Part shown: positions 38,500 through 50,402 of the stretch, one piece after another
How the letters are laid out: each line of letters starts with the position of its first letter
How positions within the stretch are numbered: position 1 is the stretch's first letter
DNA from: Octopus sinensis
Taxonomy: Eukaryota
Assembly (NCBI RefSeq): GCF_006345805.1
Contig: NC_043017.1
Span: 17,050,001 to 17,114,000, forward strand
DNA length: 64,000 bases
Direction of reading: 5' to 3'
The notes under the pieces: generated by a model
The model's database searches: none
What the model saw: only the letters and a program-made list of their open reading frames with translations
What the model was told of the DNA's origin: nothing
Position numbers and translations under genes: made by a program

Positions 38500-38870
38500 A
38501 AAATTGTTAAAAATGTTTCAGCCCGAAAGCTGTGGCCATGCTGGGGCACCACCGTTGAATGAGCGACACTAGTATGTGATTCCACCTCTGATACATGGCA
38601 CTTGATCAACAAGCTGTGTTTCTTGTCGAGAGGTAGGTTCATCTGGAACCCCTGACAAGAAGAGATCCAGTTTAGTTTTAAAGAAACCCACATCCACACC
38701 ATGCAAGTCTCTCAGGCATTTAGGAAGGATATTGAAGAGCTGTGGTCCCCTGAAACCCAAGCTGTTGCAGTATCTGGTCCTGTATTTGCTGTTGGGGTAA
38801 CTTTGAATGCCAAAATTCAGGACAAGACCCTCCAGGATTTTCCAGATGTATATCACTGCATTTATTATGT
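38500..38870 (-). mobile_element. 3' end of the same CR1-like LINE
   Basis: YCNSLGFRGPQLFNILPKCLRDLHG...KTKLDLFLSGVPDEP, plus a 3' stem-loop. Confidence 0.9.
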
Positions 38871-39189
38871 TAATGAATTGTATGCAGGATGGTGTAATTA
38901 AACATCTTATTAACAATCTTTCATGTTCTAAATATGTTCTCAAACACTCAAATTCAGACTTAACAACATGGGATAAAATTACAGTTCAAAAATGAAAATT
39001 CACATGGGAGTTTTAATACTGCTTATTTGTCAATACATATTTGTATCTAAATATTTTAGGAGCAGATATAAACTTTGGTTGTCTGTAATTTACATCCAAA
39101 TAAACGAAATCATGTTTCCAGTGATTTATAAAATGTGATTGGATGGGATACATTGTTCCATTCATGTACTTTTAGGGTCAATAAACACA

Positions 39190-39778
39190 TACTCTTTTAT
39201 TTGTTTCAGTCATTTGAGTGCGGCCATGCTGGAGCACCGCCTTTAATCGAGCAACTCGACCACGGGACTTATTCTTTTGTAAGCCCAGTACTTATTCTAT
39301 CGGTCTCTTTTGCCGAACCGCTAAGTAACGGGGACATAAACAACCAGCACCGGTTGTCAGGCAATGCTAGGGTGACAAACACAGACACACAAACACACAC
39401 CACATCATCATCATCATCGTCGTTTAACGTCCGTTCTCCATGCTAGCATGGGTTGGACAGTTCGACCGGGGTTCTGGGAAGCCAGAAGGCTGCACCAGGC
39501 TCCAGTCTAATCTGGCAATGTTTCTACAGCTGGATGCCCTTCCTAATGCCAACCACTCCGTGAGTGTAGTGGGTGCTTTTTACGTGCCACCTGCACATAC
39601 ATATATATATATGTACATATATACGACAGGCTTCTTTCAGTTTCCATCTACCAAATCCACTCACAAGGCTTTGGTCGGCCCGAGGCTATAGTAGAAGACA
39701 CTTGCCCAAGGTGCCACGCAGTGGGACTGATCCAGGAACCATGTGGTTGGTAAACAAGCTACTTACCACACAACCACT
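39190..39778 (-). mobile_element. SINE A with family C insertion (39402-39594) in its microsatellite
   Basis: SINE A 3' half, then CAT-tailed block, then SINE A 5' half. Confidence 0.88.
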
Positions 39779-40075
39779 CGAAGGCATTCTATTTGAGTAT
39801 ATAATAATGACATAAGATCCGAAGGAAGGTGTATGTGTGTGTAGATGTATGTAATTGAAGGAAATTAAAAACTGTAAAAAAAGTTTCGCAATATCAGGAA
39901 GAGTAAAAATAAGTTAAAAACCTTTGGCTATCTCAGGAAATATTTAAGGGCTGAGGAACAATCCATATTCAGTCCCATTGAAATATATTTCCTTCCCCAG
40001 GGTTCACATGATGTATATATGTATCTATTTATATATGTATCTATTTTTATATATATATATATATCTGTATATATA

Positions 40076-40344
40076 TCATCATCATCATCGTTTAACGTCC
40101 ACTTTCCATGCTAGCATGGGTTGGACGGTTCAACTGGGGTCTGGCAAGCCCGAAGGCTGCACCAGGCCAGTCAGATCTGGCAGTGTTTCTACAGCTGGAT
40201 GCCCTTCCTAACGCCAACCACTCCGAGAGTGTAGTGGGTGATTTTATGTGCCACCGACACAGGTGCCAGACGAGGCTGGCAGACGGCCACGCTCGGATGG
40301 TGTTTTTTATGTGTCACCAACACAGGTGCCAGACGAGGCTGGCA
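40076..40344 (-). mobile_element. Family C repeat (RTE 3'UTR-derived)
   Basis: Inserted in a TA tract. Confidence 0.9.
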
Positions 40345-40622
40345 TATATATGTATCTATTTATATATGTATGTATTTTTATATATATATGTATCTGTATA
40401 TATATATATATATGTATCTATATATACATATATATATATAGTTGGAATTTACAACAAACAAAACAAAAGATGAAGACAGGTGTGTAAACAACAAACAGAT
40501 GTATTAGTTTAACACTCAGGAAGTGAGAGAATCTTTTGTTTCGAGCCTATGCTCTTCAACAGAAAGGAACACAGAAATAAACAGAGAAATAAAAAAAGGT
40601 TTAGTGGCGAGTGATCAATCAC

Positions 40623-40670
<48 letters not shown>

Positions 40671-40715
40671 CTATATATATGTATCTATGTATGTATATAT
40701 ATGTATCTATGTATG

Positions 40716-40750
<35 letters not shown>

Positions 40751-40758
40751 GTATCTAT

Positions 40759-40795
<37 letters not shown>

Positions 40796-40932
40796 CATAC
40801 ATATATATATCTATATATATATATCTGTGTGTATATATATATATATGTATGTATATATATATATATGTATGTATATATATATATATATGCATGTATATAT
40901 ATATCTGTATGTATATATATATATATATATAT
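40345..40932. repeat. TA-rich microsatellites flanking a ~180-bp insert (40441-40620)
   Basis: Seen directly. Confidence 0.9.
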
Positions 40933-41204
40933 AAAATTATAAATTAGGGCATCTATGAGATACCAACATGCTGGAAATAGTAGCCATGATCTGACTTTAA
41001 AACCACCTTAATTGTCCATATATCAACATGGAGAGAAAACAAAGAGACAAGATGAAACTAGTAAAAAATTCCTGGATAATCCTAGGTCTCGCCTCAAGAC
41101 AACCCTGGTGGAGATTGAAAACAGCCTGAAACAATCATGTGTGAAGCAGAGAGTAGACAAAGTAGCCTGGGTTGTAAAAAATAAGTCAAATCTAAATCTA
41201 AGCC

Positions 41205-42345
41205 TCCAGGCAATAACAGAGGAATTCAAGACAGGTTACCCCTGGTAGCTCCTCTATGCTGATGACCTGGCCCTCATAGCAGAATCACTACCAGAACTAG
41301 AAAAGAAATTTCAGGTGTGGAAGCAAGGTTTAGAATCGAAGGGCCTTAGAGTCAATGCTGCAAAGACCAAAGTTCTAGTAAGTAGGAAGGCAAACATATC
41401 ACACACTCCATCAGGTAGGTGGCCCTGCTCGATCTGTAGAAATGGTGTAGGTAGAAACTCCATAAGATGTTCCCAGTGTAAGCTATGGATACATAAGAGG
41501 TGCAGCAACATCAAAGGAAGATTAACTGGCAAGATAGCTTTCCTGTGCAGCAGATGTATGGGGGCAATAAATACCACAGATGCTCAGAAAACAGATTCCA
41601 TCACATGCCAGGGGGAGAAACTAGAAGTAGTTGATAGCTTCCGCTACCTAGGTGACCAAGTCTCTAGTTGGGGATGGATGCTCAGAGAGAGTTACTACTA
41701 GAATAAGAATAGCCTGGGTAAAGTTCAGAAAGCTTCTACCCCTACTGGTGACAAAGGGCCTCTCGCTCAGAGTGAAAGGTAGATTGTACGATGCATATGT
41801 GCGAACTGCCATGCTTCACGGTAGTGAAACATTGGCTGTGATTGTTGAAGACATGTGTAGGCTTGAAAGAGATGAAGCTAACATAATCCACTGGATGTGT
41901 AATGTCAGTATGCACACACGACAGAGTGTAAGCACCATGAGAGAAATGTTAGACATAAGAAGCATCAGATGTGGAGTGCAAGAGATATGTTTGCGTTGGT
42001 ATGGTCATGTACTAAGGATGGACGAGGAAAGCTGTGTGAAGAAGTGCCACTCCCAAACAGTGGAAGGAATAGTGGGTAGAGGGTGACCCAGGAAGACATG
42101 GGAGGAGGTAGGGAAGCATGACGTTTGAATGTTAGGCCTCACAGAGGCAATGACAAAAGACCGAGACCTCTGGAGGCATGCTGTGACTGAGAAGACCCAG
42201 CAAATAAAGTGAGTTCACAGCTGTGTCGCATAACCAGCCCACTCAAAAGTACCTTGACGAAACCTATTGAGTCAAGTCCATCAACTTCAATATCAAAATC
42301 AAATCAAATTACAATGAAATGGAAATTATAGTTGTGATAGGTAGA
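41205..42345 (+). mobile_element. 5'-truncated RTE LINE: RT with inserted PHD finger, C-terminus and start of 3'UTR
   Basis: LLYADDLALIAES at 41255, C4HC3 at 41426-41557, LEVVDSFRYLGD, LHGSET, LRWYGHVLRM. Preceded by a CR1-like fragment at ~41000-41205. Confidence 0.93.
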
Positions 42346-42444
42346 TAGACAGATAGATAGATAGTCAGATAGATAGATAGGTGGAGAGAGAGGAGGGATA
42401 TATATATCTATATATATGTAAATATATACATATATATATTATAC

Positions 42445-43483
42445 TGTTACGCCGTCGGGCGTTCAACTCAACTCAGGATCTAAGACCCTAGGCCTTCCGG
42501 GTCGATAAAGGGCCCTAAGTCGGCGACGACGACTACGCTCAGTCAAACGGAAGTCCACTACAGAAAGCGGGGGTGGGCAGCGAATGCAAGCCAGCAACCG
42601 AAGACAACAACAACAAAAGAGAGAGACAGCGGGAGGCAGTTGCTTACATTAACAATTTATATACTTCACAAAATCAATCAAAACATTTCAAATCCTTTTA
42701 ACTCCAAGGTTAACAGACATTTAACAGACCGTGCACAGAGTTAAAAAACAAAACAATCAATGGCATTTAGCGAAATACAACGTCCGACAACAATCAAAAC
42801 AAATACAGAATTTGGAAAACAATCGAAGCAAATAGTCTTTCTCTTTCTTTACATTCAGTTTACAGTCTCTTTCTCTTTCCTTTCCTCCTCCTTCCAACTC
42901 AATGTTCTTTTTCTTTTAGAAACACATCTTTTACAGTTCTTTTAAAATTTCTTAATTTTCTTTTCAACAGATTATGTCACAGGTTCCCCATATTTTTACA
43001 ATCAAAACATCAAAGTTCAAAACACAAAGCGAAACGTAAATAAACAATACCGGCACATATTTCGTCCGCAACACTTTCTGAGCCTACTACACATTTTCAT
43101 CTCGCCGCCTTCCGTCTCTCATACCTGTCCCTTCACTGTCATCTTCTTTACTTCCTCCCACTCGCCAATTCTCACATTCACTGTCTGTCTTCCTCGCTTC
43201 GCCGCTATTAACTCCTGGCCGCCTCTTGCCAACTCTTTTCCGGCCTCTCCCTGTCTGACCCACCAGTGCCCGTCACATTTAAAGGGTGGAATTTTATTTT
43301 TTTTCAATTTTCCCTGACCATGTAGGGATCAGAGATCGCTTCCTAAATGCATTAATTACCGTTGCCGTTGGCAGGACAAAGGATTTTTTTTTTCCTATCG
43401 TCCTGAACAACTAGAGCGCCGGTTCAACTCCAACCAACGGAACTAGGGCATAATGTTTTCCCATTAATTTTACCTTCGTAACA
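42445..43483. mobile_element. Probable solo LTR (1039 bp)
   Basis: TGTTACG...CGTAACA termini, flanks atac/atat in a TA tract, CpG-rich, no coding remnant. Confidence 0.65.
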
Positions 43484-43508
43484 ATATATATATATGTATG
43501 TATATATG

Positions 43509-43612
43509 TATCAGTTGAATAAAGTTAAAGCATGGTCTGGTTTTCATGTTTTTTATTATGATAGTAAAAAAACATGAAGTCCAGACCATGTTTTAATTTT
43601 ATTCAACTGATA
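43509..43612. repeat. 104-bp imperfect palindrome (MITE-like)
   Basis: tatcagttgaataaa...catggtctgg / ccagaccatg...ttattcaactgata. Confidence 0.85.
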
Positions 43613-43629
43613 TATTATTCTATACACAT

Positions 43630-44270
<641 letters not shown>

Positions 44271-44330
44271 TACAGAGATGTACTTGCATAGCAAGTGACC
44301 TGATCTGAGATCGTGTACTGAAACAAACTC

Positions 44331-44611
44331 AATTTCAGTGTGGAAGGTGCCTATAAGCCATTGAAAAAAACACAAAAAACAGTTAGATTCACTTCAACAT
44401 CTAAATTTAATTTGGCCAAATATTTTCACTGCTTTGAGACCACGACCTGTTCACTGACAAAATTCCATGCTACATGGAATTTTGTCAGTGAACAGGTCGT
44501 GGTCTCAAAGCGACGAAAATAGTTTGGCAAAACTAAATTTAAATGTTGAAGTGAATCTAACGTTTTTTGTGTGTTTTTCAATGGCTTCTAAACACCTTCC
44601 ACATTGAAATT
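44331..44611. mobile_element. 281-bp fold-back element
   Basis: Perfect 39-bp inner stem (44431-44469 / 44473-44511) with diverged outer arms. Confidence 0.9.
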
Positions 44612-44630
44612 GTGTGTTTATATATATATG

Positions 44631-44661
<31 letters not shown>

Positions 44662-45059
44662 GTATATATGTATGTATAAATAGTCAGACTGAAACATGAA
44701 GCCAGTGCTGTTATATAGCCACATTACTGTATTCGAGGTTATGATCACTTTGAATGGTCAAAGCAGGGGTTCTCAACCATTTTTTTTACCTATGGGCCCC
44801 TTTGATTATGATTTTATTGTGGTGGACCCCCATAGCCATTCAATACTTATTAGTCTTATAGAAATTGCTTTCAAAAGTCCTTGTTGTTTTTCACACATTA
44901 AGTGTGTAAAATATTAGAGTAAGAAACCTTTGAAATAGTGCAGGGGCTCTGACCCTCTGCAATGAAATCTCTCCCTAAACTACATCAAAACCTCCATAGA
45001 GTACTCTTTGTTGACCATCTAACCAGAGGGAACACAGTGGATGTAGATGATGCCCTTCA

Positions 45060-45340
45060 TTATCATCATCATCATCATCATCATTTAGCATCCGCTTTCC
45101 ATGCTAGCATGGGTTGGACAGTGCAACTGGGGTCTGGGAAGCCAGAAGGCTGCACCAGGCTCCAATCTTGATCTGGCAGTGTTTCTATGGCTGGATGCCC
45201 TTCCTAACGCCAACCACTCCGTGAGTGTAGTGGGTGCTTTTTACGTGCCAGACGGGCTGGCAAATGGCCACGGTTGGATGGTGCTTTTTACGTGCCACCG
45301 GCACGAGGGCCAGGTGAGGCTGGCAACGGCCACGATTTTT
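45060..45340 (-). mobile_element. Family C repeat (RTE 3'UTR-derived)
   Basis: (CAT)n tail. Confidence 0.9.
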
Positions 45341-45852
45341 CAACCCTTGTGGTTGAAAAATGGTTACAGGTGAGGAATTTATGGCAAGGTGAATAATTAT
45401 GAGGAATTATAAATATGGAAGAGATAAGAGTAGAGGACAATCAGTAGAATTTGTGTAAAATGAGGGGGTTATAGGGTGACCAATGATATATTTGTTGGGG
45501 GAGGTAGGAGACGGGAGATGACTGACAGTGCAGAAAAAGTGTGGGGAGAAGTGGGTGTGTGTGCAACAAGAGCAGTTAAAGAAAGGATTTTTTGAAGGCA
45601 TCCTAGGGGTGGTGGGGTGTAGATGGTGACTAGTGAAATAAAGAGAGAACGAAGGGATGAGAGCATCATAGAGATAGGGATGGGAGCAGAAGACAAAAAC
45701 AGTGCAAGCATACTGAGTGGGAGGGCTGAGGAGAGCGGGGATTGAAAAGGAGACTGTGGAGGACAGTGGGTAAATTGCAGCAAGACTCTCCCAGCCATCA
45801 GCAATCTCCTTGTTAGAATTCGTCCTTCCATATTTGCCAGAGAGAAAGCAGA

Positions 45853-46083
45853 AGGTGGCAAGCTGGCAGAAACGTTAGCACGCCGGGCAAATGCGTAGCT
45901 GTATTTCGTCTGCCGTTATGTTCTGAGTTCAAATTCTGCTGAGGTCAACTTTGCCTTTCATCCTTTCGGGGTCGATAAAATTAGTACCAGTTGTGTACTG
46001 GAGTCAATGAAATCGACTTAATCTGTTTGTCTGTCCTTGTTTGTCCTCTCTGTGTGTAGCCCCTTGTGGGCAGTAAAGAAATA
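45853..46083 (+). mobile_element. SINE family B, full length, 14-bp TSD
   Basis: TSD agagagaaagcaga at 45839-45852 and 46084-46097. Confidence 0.93.
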
Positions 46084-46099
46084 AGAGAGAAAGCAGATT

Positions 46100-47400
46100 T
46101 TTTCCAGTGTTGCATGGATCACATGTCTTCTCTTTTGTGAGGTTCAACATCCTACAATCATCTTTCATCACTTCATTACATCCCTTTTTAGATCTTCATC
46201 TTCCACAGGCACCATCCACATTGAGCAGATGTTGCCATCTGCACATCATATGCCCATACTAATGCAGTTGTCTCTATCAGGTTATTTGCACTGCATCATT
46301 TGTGCATTTTGATATTAGACTTCCAGTGAAGCAAGCTCACCTTGTTTTCTTTTTCTAGCCTTCACAGATCCTCTGCATTCAGGGCCTACATCTCACTACG
46401 TAGCATTACACTTCACATACATGCAACATACAATTTGTTATTCAGACTGAAAGAGAGGCTTTTTGTTGGTAGCAGAGGTTAGTAGTTCCATGAATTTTCT
46501 TCACCTCTTTCTTATCTTGCTAGTTATACTTTCGGAGCACCTACTCTTGCTACTGATTAGGTCACCTTGGTAACAAAAGCTATTGACTGCTTCTAGGGAG
46601 CCTTCTGAACAAAGAGTCTATTTCCCAGGTACATTCGAGCGAGGTCGTTGCCAGTGCCGCTGGACTGACTCCTGTGCAGGTGACACATAAAAAACACCAT
46701 TTGAGCGTGGCCGTTGCCAGTACCGCCTGACTGGCCCTCGTGCCGGTGGCACGTAAAAGCACTCATTACACTCTTGGAGTGGTTGGCGTTAGGAGGGCAT
46801 CCAACTGTAGAAACTCTGCCAGATCAAGATTAGAGCCTGGTGCAGCCATCTGGTTCACCAGCCCTCAGTCAAATCGTCCAACCCATACCAGCATGGAAAG
46901 CGGACGTTAAATGATGATGATGATGATGATGATGATTCCTCCTTGATGCTCTTGCGTACCTGGAAACATACAAAGGCTGCTTTTGTTGCCTACCTGTCCA
47001 CAATCCCTCCACACTTTTTATGCACCCACTTTTACATCTGGTACATTTTATGGAATTTCTGCCCCTTTTTCTACGTACTCAGCATGGCCATGTTCTTGAC
47101 TGCATTAGGGCTTTGTTTTCTTTTTCACTTATCGTTTACTTTAGTCTCAAGTAAGTTTACTTCAAGGCCTTTCACTACCTGGGTTTGCTTCCATGCCTGG
47201 AATTTAATGTCTCACTCTTCCACAGATTCTGCTATTAAGAACAAAGTCATTAACCTACTGGAGTTCCCGTGCACCACCAGTCTTAGCTCTTTTTATAGCT
47301 TGGGGTCAATAATAAACAGGAAAGGGCTAAAGGTCAAGTCCCCCTCCTGCACACTAAATTCATCACTACACTCATGCTGACTGCATTTCTGTACAAAGCT
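46100..47400 (-). mobile_element. Old RTE LINE fragment with PHD-like insert, interrupted by family C (46600-46935, + strand)
   Basis: LSPFLF, KFQAWKQ, RTWPC...NSIKCTRCK..VHKKCGGI. Confidence 0.65.
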
Positions 47401-47679
47401 TGTATGGCACTAATCCATGAATTGTATAAAGGCTTACTTCTGTGTGTGTGTCTGTGTGTGTGCCTGAGTGAATCATATCATTACATTCTGTGCTTCACTT
47501 GAAAAACTACAGAGCTATCTATAAATGTTGGGTTTGTTTCTATTCTTCATGACCAAAACATCTTTAATTTGAAAAACAAATTTGTTTATAAAAAAAAATG
47601 ACATCCGACCGAAGACAATGCTTCAGTGAGGTATGTCCATCTAATTCAAGCTAGCATGGAAAAGATAAGGTGATGTGCC

Positions 47680-47860
47680 AACATGTTAGCAGAAGCCATA
47701 TGTGGAACCAACTATCACTGTCGAAGAGAAATCCTGAAGGTTGTTGACAAGTTCATGCAGTTAGGCGTCACACTCTCCAGATCTGTGAATACTGATGAAG
47801 AAGTTGACACACGCATTGTCAAGGGATGCTCAGCATTCAGTGTGAGAGCATTCCTCTCCC
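47680..47860 (+). mobile_element. RTE-BovB-like LINE fragment
   Basis: LKVVDKFMQLGVTLSRSVNTDEEVDTRIVKGCSAF. Confidence 0.7.
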
Positions 47861-48280
47861 ACACTGCCCCCCCCCCCAAAATACTTCAGTTGCCATTGGT
47901 CCCTGACTGCAATCTCACATCAGATTAATTCTTGTTTGTTTTTGATGTTATTTCTGTTACGTGCAAATACCCTGATCTACCCATGGCTGATCTACCCAAT
48001 TACGATTGCTTTCTAGATAATATTTTCTTCTTTGACTTCACTACTACTCCTGAACCTGCTAGCTGCTTATCGCTCCTCTTCAGGTCAACCCAACTCCCCT
48101 CCCCTCTCTATCTCTTTGTCAAATATCCAGTGTCTTATCTCTTAGATACCGTACTAAACACTTCTAATTACTCTCTCCTTGAACTGCAACACGGTAACTT
48201 AGTCATTGTTTTGTGCTAATTTCTACCAATATAGACTTGATATCAATTAACTTTATTTCAATTTATTTTTCTTATTTTAG

Positions 48281-48640
48281 GTTCTTCTGGAAATAAGGAT
48301 AACCCTTTACCACCTGGTTTTAATGTTCCAACTGGTGGTCAGCCTAGCTTCCCTCCACAACCATACGGCCAATCAGGCTATCCACCTCAGGCCTCCCAAC
48401 CAGGTTACCCTCCACAACCTTCTCAACCTGGTTACCCTCCACAGCCTTCTCAACCAGGCTACCCAGCACAGCCAGGCTACCCAGCACAGCCTTCACAACC
48501 AGGCTACCCAGCACAGCCTTCACAACCAGGCTACCCAGCACAGCCTTCACAACCAGGCTATCCAGCACAGCCTTCACAACCAGGTTACCCATCGCAGCCT
48601 TCACAACCAGGTTACCCATCGCAGCCAGGCTACCCAGGAG
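48281..48640 (+). CDS. ANXA7: Annexin N-terminal low-complexity exon: SSGNKDNPLPPGFNVPTGGQPSFPPQPYGQS followed by 11 GYP motifs (GYP[P/A/S]QPSQP)
   Basis: Acceptor tttcttattttag, donor gag|gtaaga, 360 nt, phase 1-1, open frame. The GYP-rich tail is typical of ANXA7/ANXA11-type annexins. The symbol denotes similarity, not proven orthology. Confidence 0.9.
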
Positions 48641-48757
48641 GTAAGATTTTTATGTATTGATTTCTTTTTATCTATTTTTATAAGAGAGACACAAAGAAAG
48701 AGAGAAAGAAGAAGGAAGATGTAGTTGAGATTCAATTAAATTAAATCTATTATATTA

Positions 48758-48953
48758 CTGTTGTGTCTGGGGAGAGTCATTTTCTTTTTGTGCCTTATAA
48801 TATAACACACTCACCGGTAAAATTTCCCCGAGACCCCTGAAGGCTGGAGGGTATATCAGCCGAAACATTGCGTTAACAACAAACAAGATGAGGACAAATG
48901 TCCGTGTAATTTAAATAATGTACACAATTCCTCATCTCTAAAATATAGAACTG
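48758..48953. mobile_element. Inverted unit U fused to the hammerhead-bearing terminal repeat
   Basis: Reverse U arm at 48758-48827 joins the repeat at shared aaatttcc. Hammerhead remnant at 48832-48872 has a core deletion. Confidence 0.75.
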
Positions 48954-49404
48954 AAGAATATAATCCTTTATGGAATCACGACAATCATTTGAAGATTAAT
49001 TGAAAAGTATTGTAACATTTAATTTCAACAAAATCTATCAAAATATTTACAAACTTAGTATTTTGCTTTAATATTTTATATTATTTCATATTTAAAATTT
49101 AATCTCTGTGTTGTTTATACAACAAAATTTAATAAATATTCTGGGATGAATAAAACTGTTCTGTGCCCAATCTCTACAGAAAAGGTAGTAAACCATTACT
49201 TGAATTTATATAATAAAATGAAATATATATGTTGGGTATAAATTGATATAAATATGTTGCTAGTTTACTACAAACTTGATTAGTTGCATTCTATTTTTAC
49301 ACACATTTGATGTTTATTTAAAGTTGGTTTAATATGATATATGTAGAATTTTGGATCAGTCAATTATCAAACTGCCAATTATGTTTGTTTTAACACATCT
49401 TTAA

Positions 49405-49621
49405 CTCCTTAGTGTTCACATTATTCTGCCAAAAAGTAATTATTTATTCACATGTTTGGAATTAATCTTGCATTATCTTGAAGCTTTGAGATTTTCATGA
49501 GATAACTGTTGATTTTGAGAATGAGATTGTAGAGTTGGTGTGAAAGGCTGGATATGACCAGTTTGAACATAAAACAAGTAGAGTATTTGGGCCAGATATG
49601 GCCCATTTAAATGCTAAAGGA
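49405..49621 (-). mobile_element. piggyBac-type MITE family 2
   Basis: TTAA flanks, reverse orientation. Confidence 0.85.
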
Positions 49622-49692
49622 TTAAACACTGAAGTAGGAAGTAAGAATTTCTAATGAAGCTATAAGGTAATTCAAAACCATAAAATTGGAAA

Positions 49693-50097
49693 AACTAGAA
49701 AAGCACTTGGAGAGCACGGACCTCCACCAAGCATCTCATTCTAAGATAGATACGAGAGTAAGATTACTAATAGAGAAACGAAAATAAACTTTAGAAACAG
49801 CAACGCCACCATAGGTTACGTGGAAACGATGAACGTGTTTTCAAGGGAGATAATTAAAGAATGTAACATTGTAATACTTCATGTAAAGTAAATATAACAA
49901 ATGAAAAGTCCTTCAAGAATCGATAAAAATTCCTGGATCACTACCAAAATGTCATCATCTGTTCTTTGTGTCATTATCAACTTTTCCTGCAAGTTTCATC
50001 AAATACCGTTCACAACTTTTAAAGTTATTTCACACAGACGGACAGACAGACAAACGAGCACCAATGAAAACATAACCTCCTTCCTTGGCGGAGGTAG
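49693..50097 (+). mobile_element. Helentron-associated (HINE/DINE-1-like) non-autonomous element
   Basis: Subterminal inverted repeat acctccaccaag (49720-49731) / cttggcggaggt (50084-50095), a (GACA)n tract and a 3' hairpin. Confidence 0.6.
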
Positions 50098-50402
50098 TTA
50101 GACATTTTCATTTTCTAATGACCGTAATGTAGTTCTTGACGTCAGTAAAACTACTACCGTTCTTTGCTGTTTTGCTTCAAATCTTAACTGGCATTGATCA
50201 AATCCATACCAGTAGTATACTCCATATCATCCTATCAGTTTTATCCCTGCTCCTTAAAAATTAATTAAGCTAAGTCTCTTGGCAAAAGTTAGTCACAGTG
50301 AAAGTAAATGCAGGTCCTCTGTGTCTAAAGTAAAGCACTCAAACCCTTATATTTTTACTATTCAGGAACAACGTTACATTTTCTACATATATTAGGCTTT
50401 AT

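Noticed and set aside
48323-48724. ORFs with SLHNQATQH (+) and LVVKAVLG (-) repeats
   Set aside because: They are alternative frames of the annexin GYP-repeat exon; the splice phases select the GYP frame.
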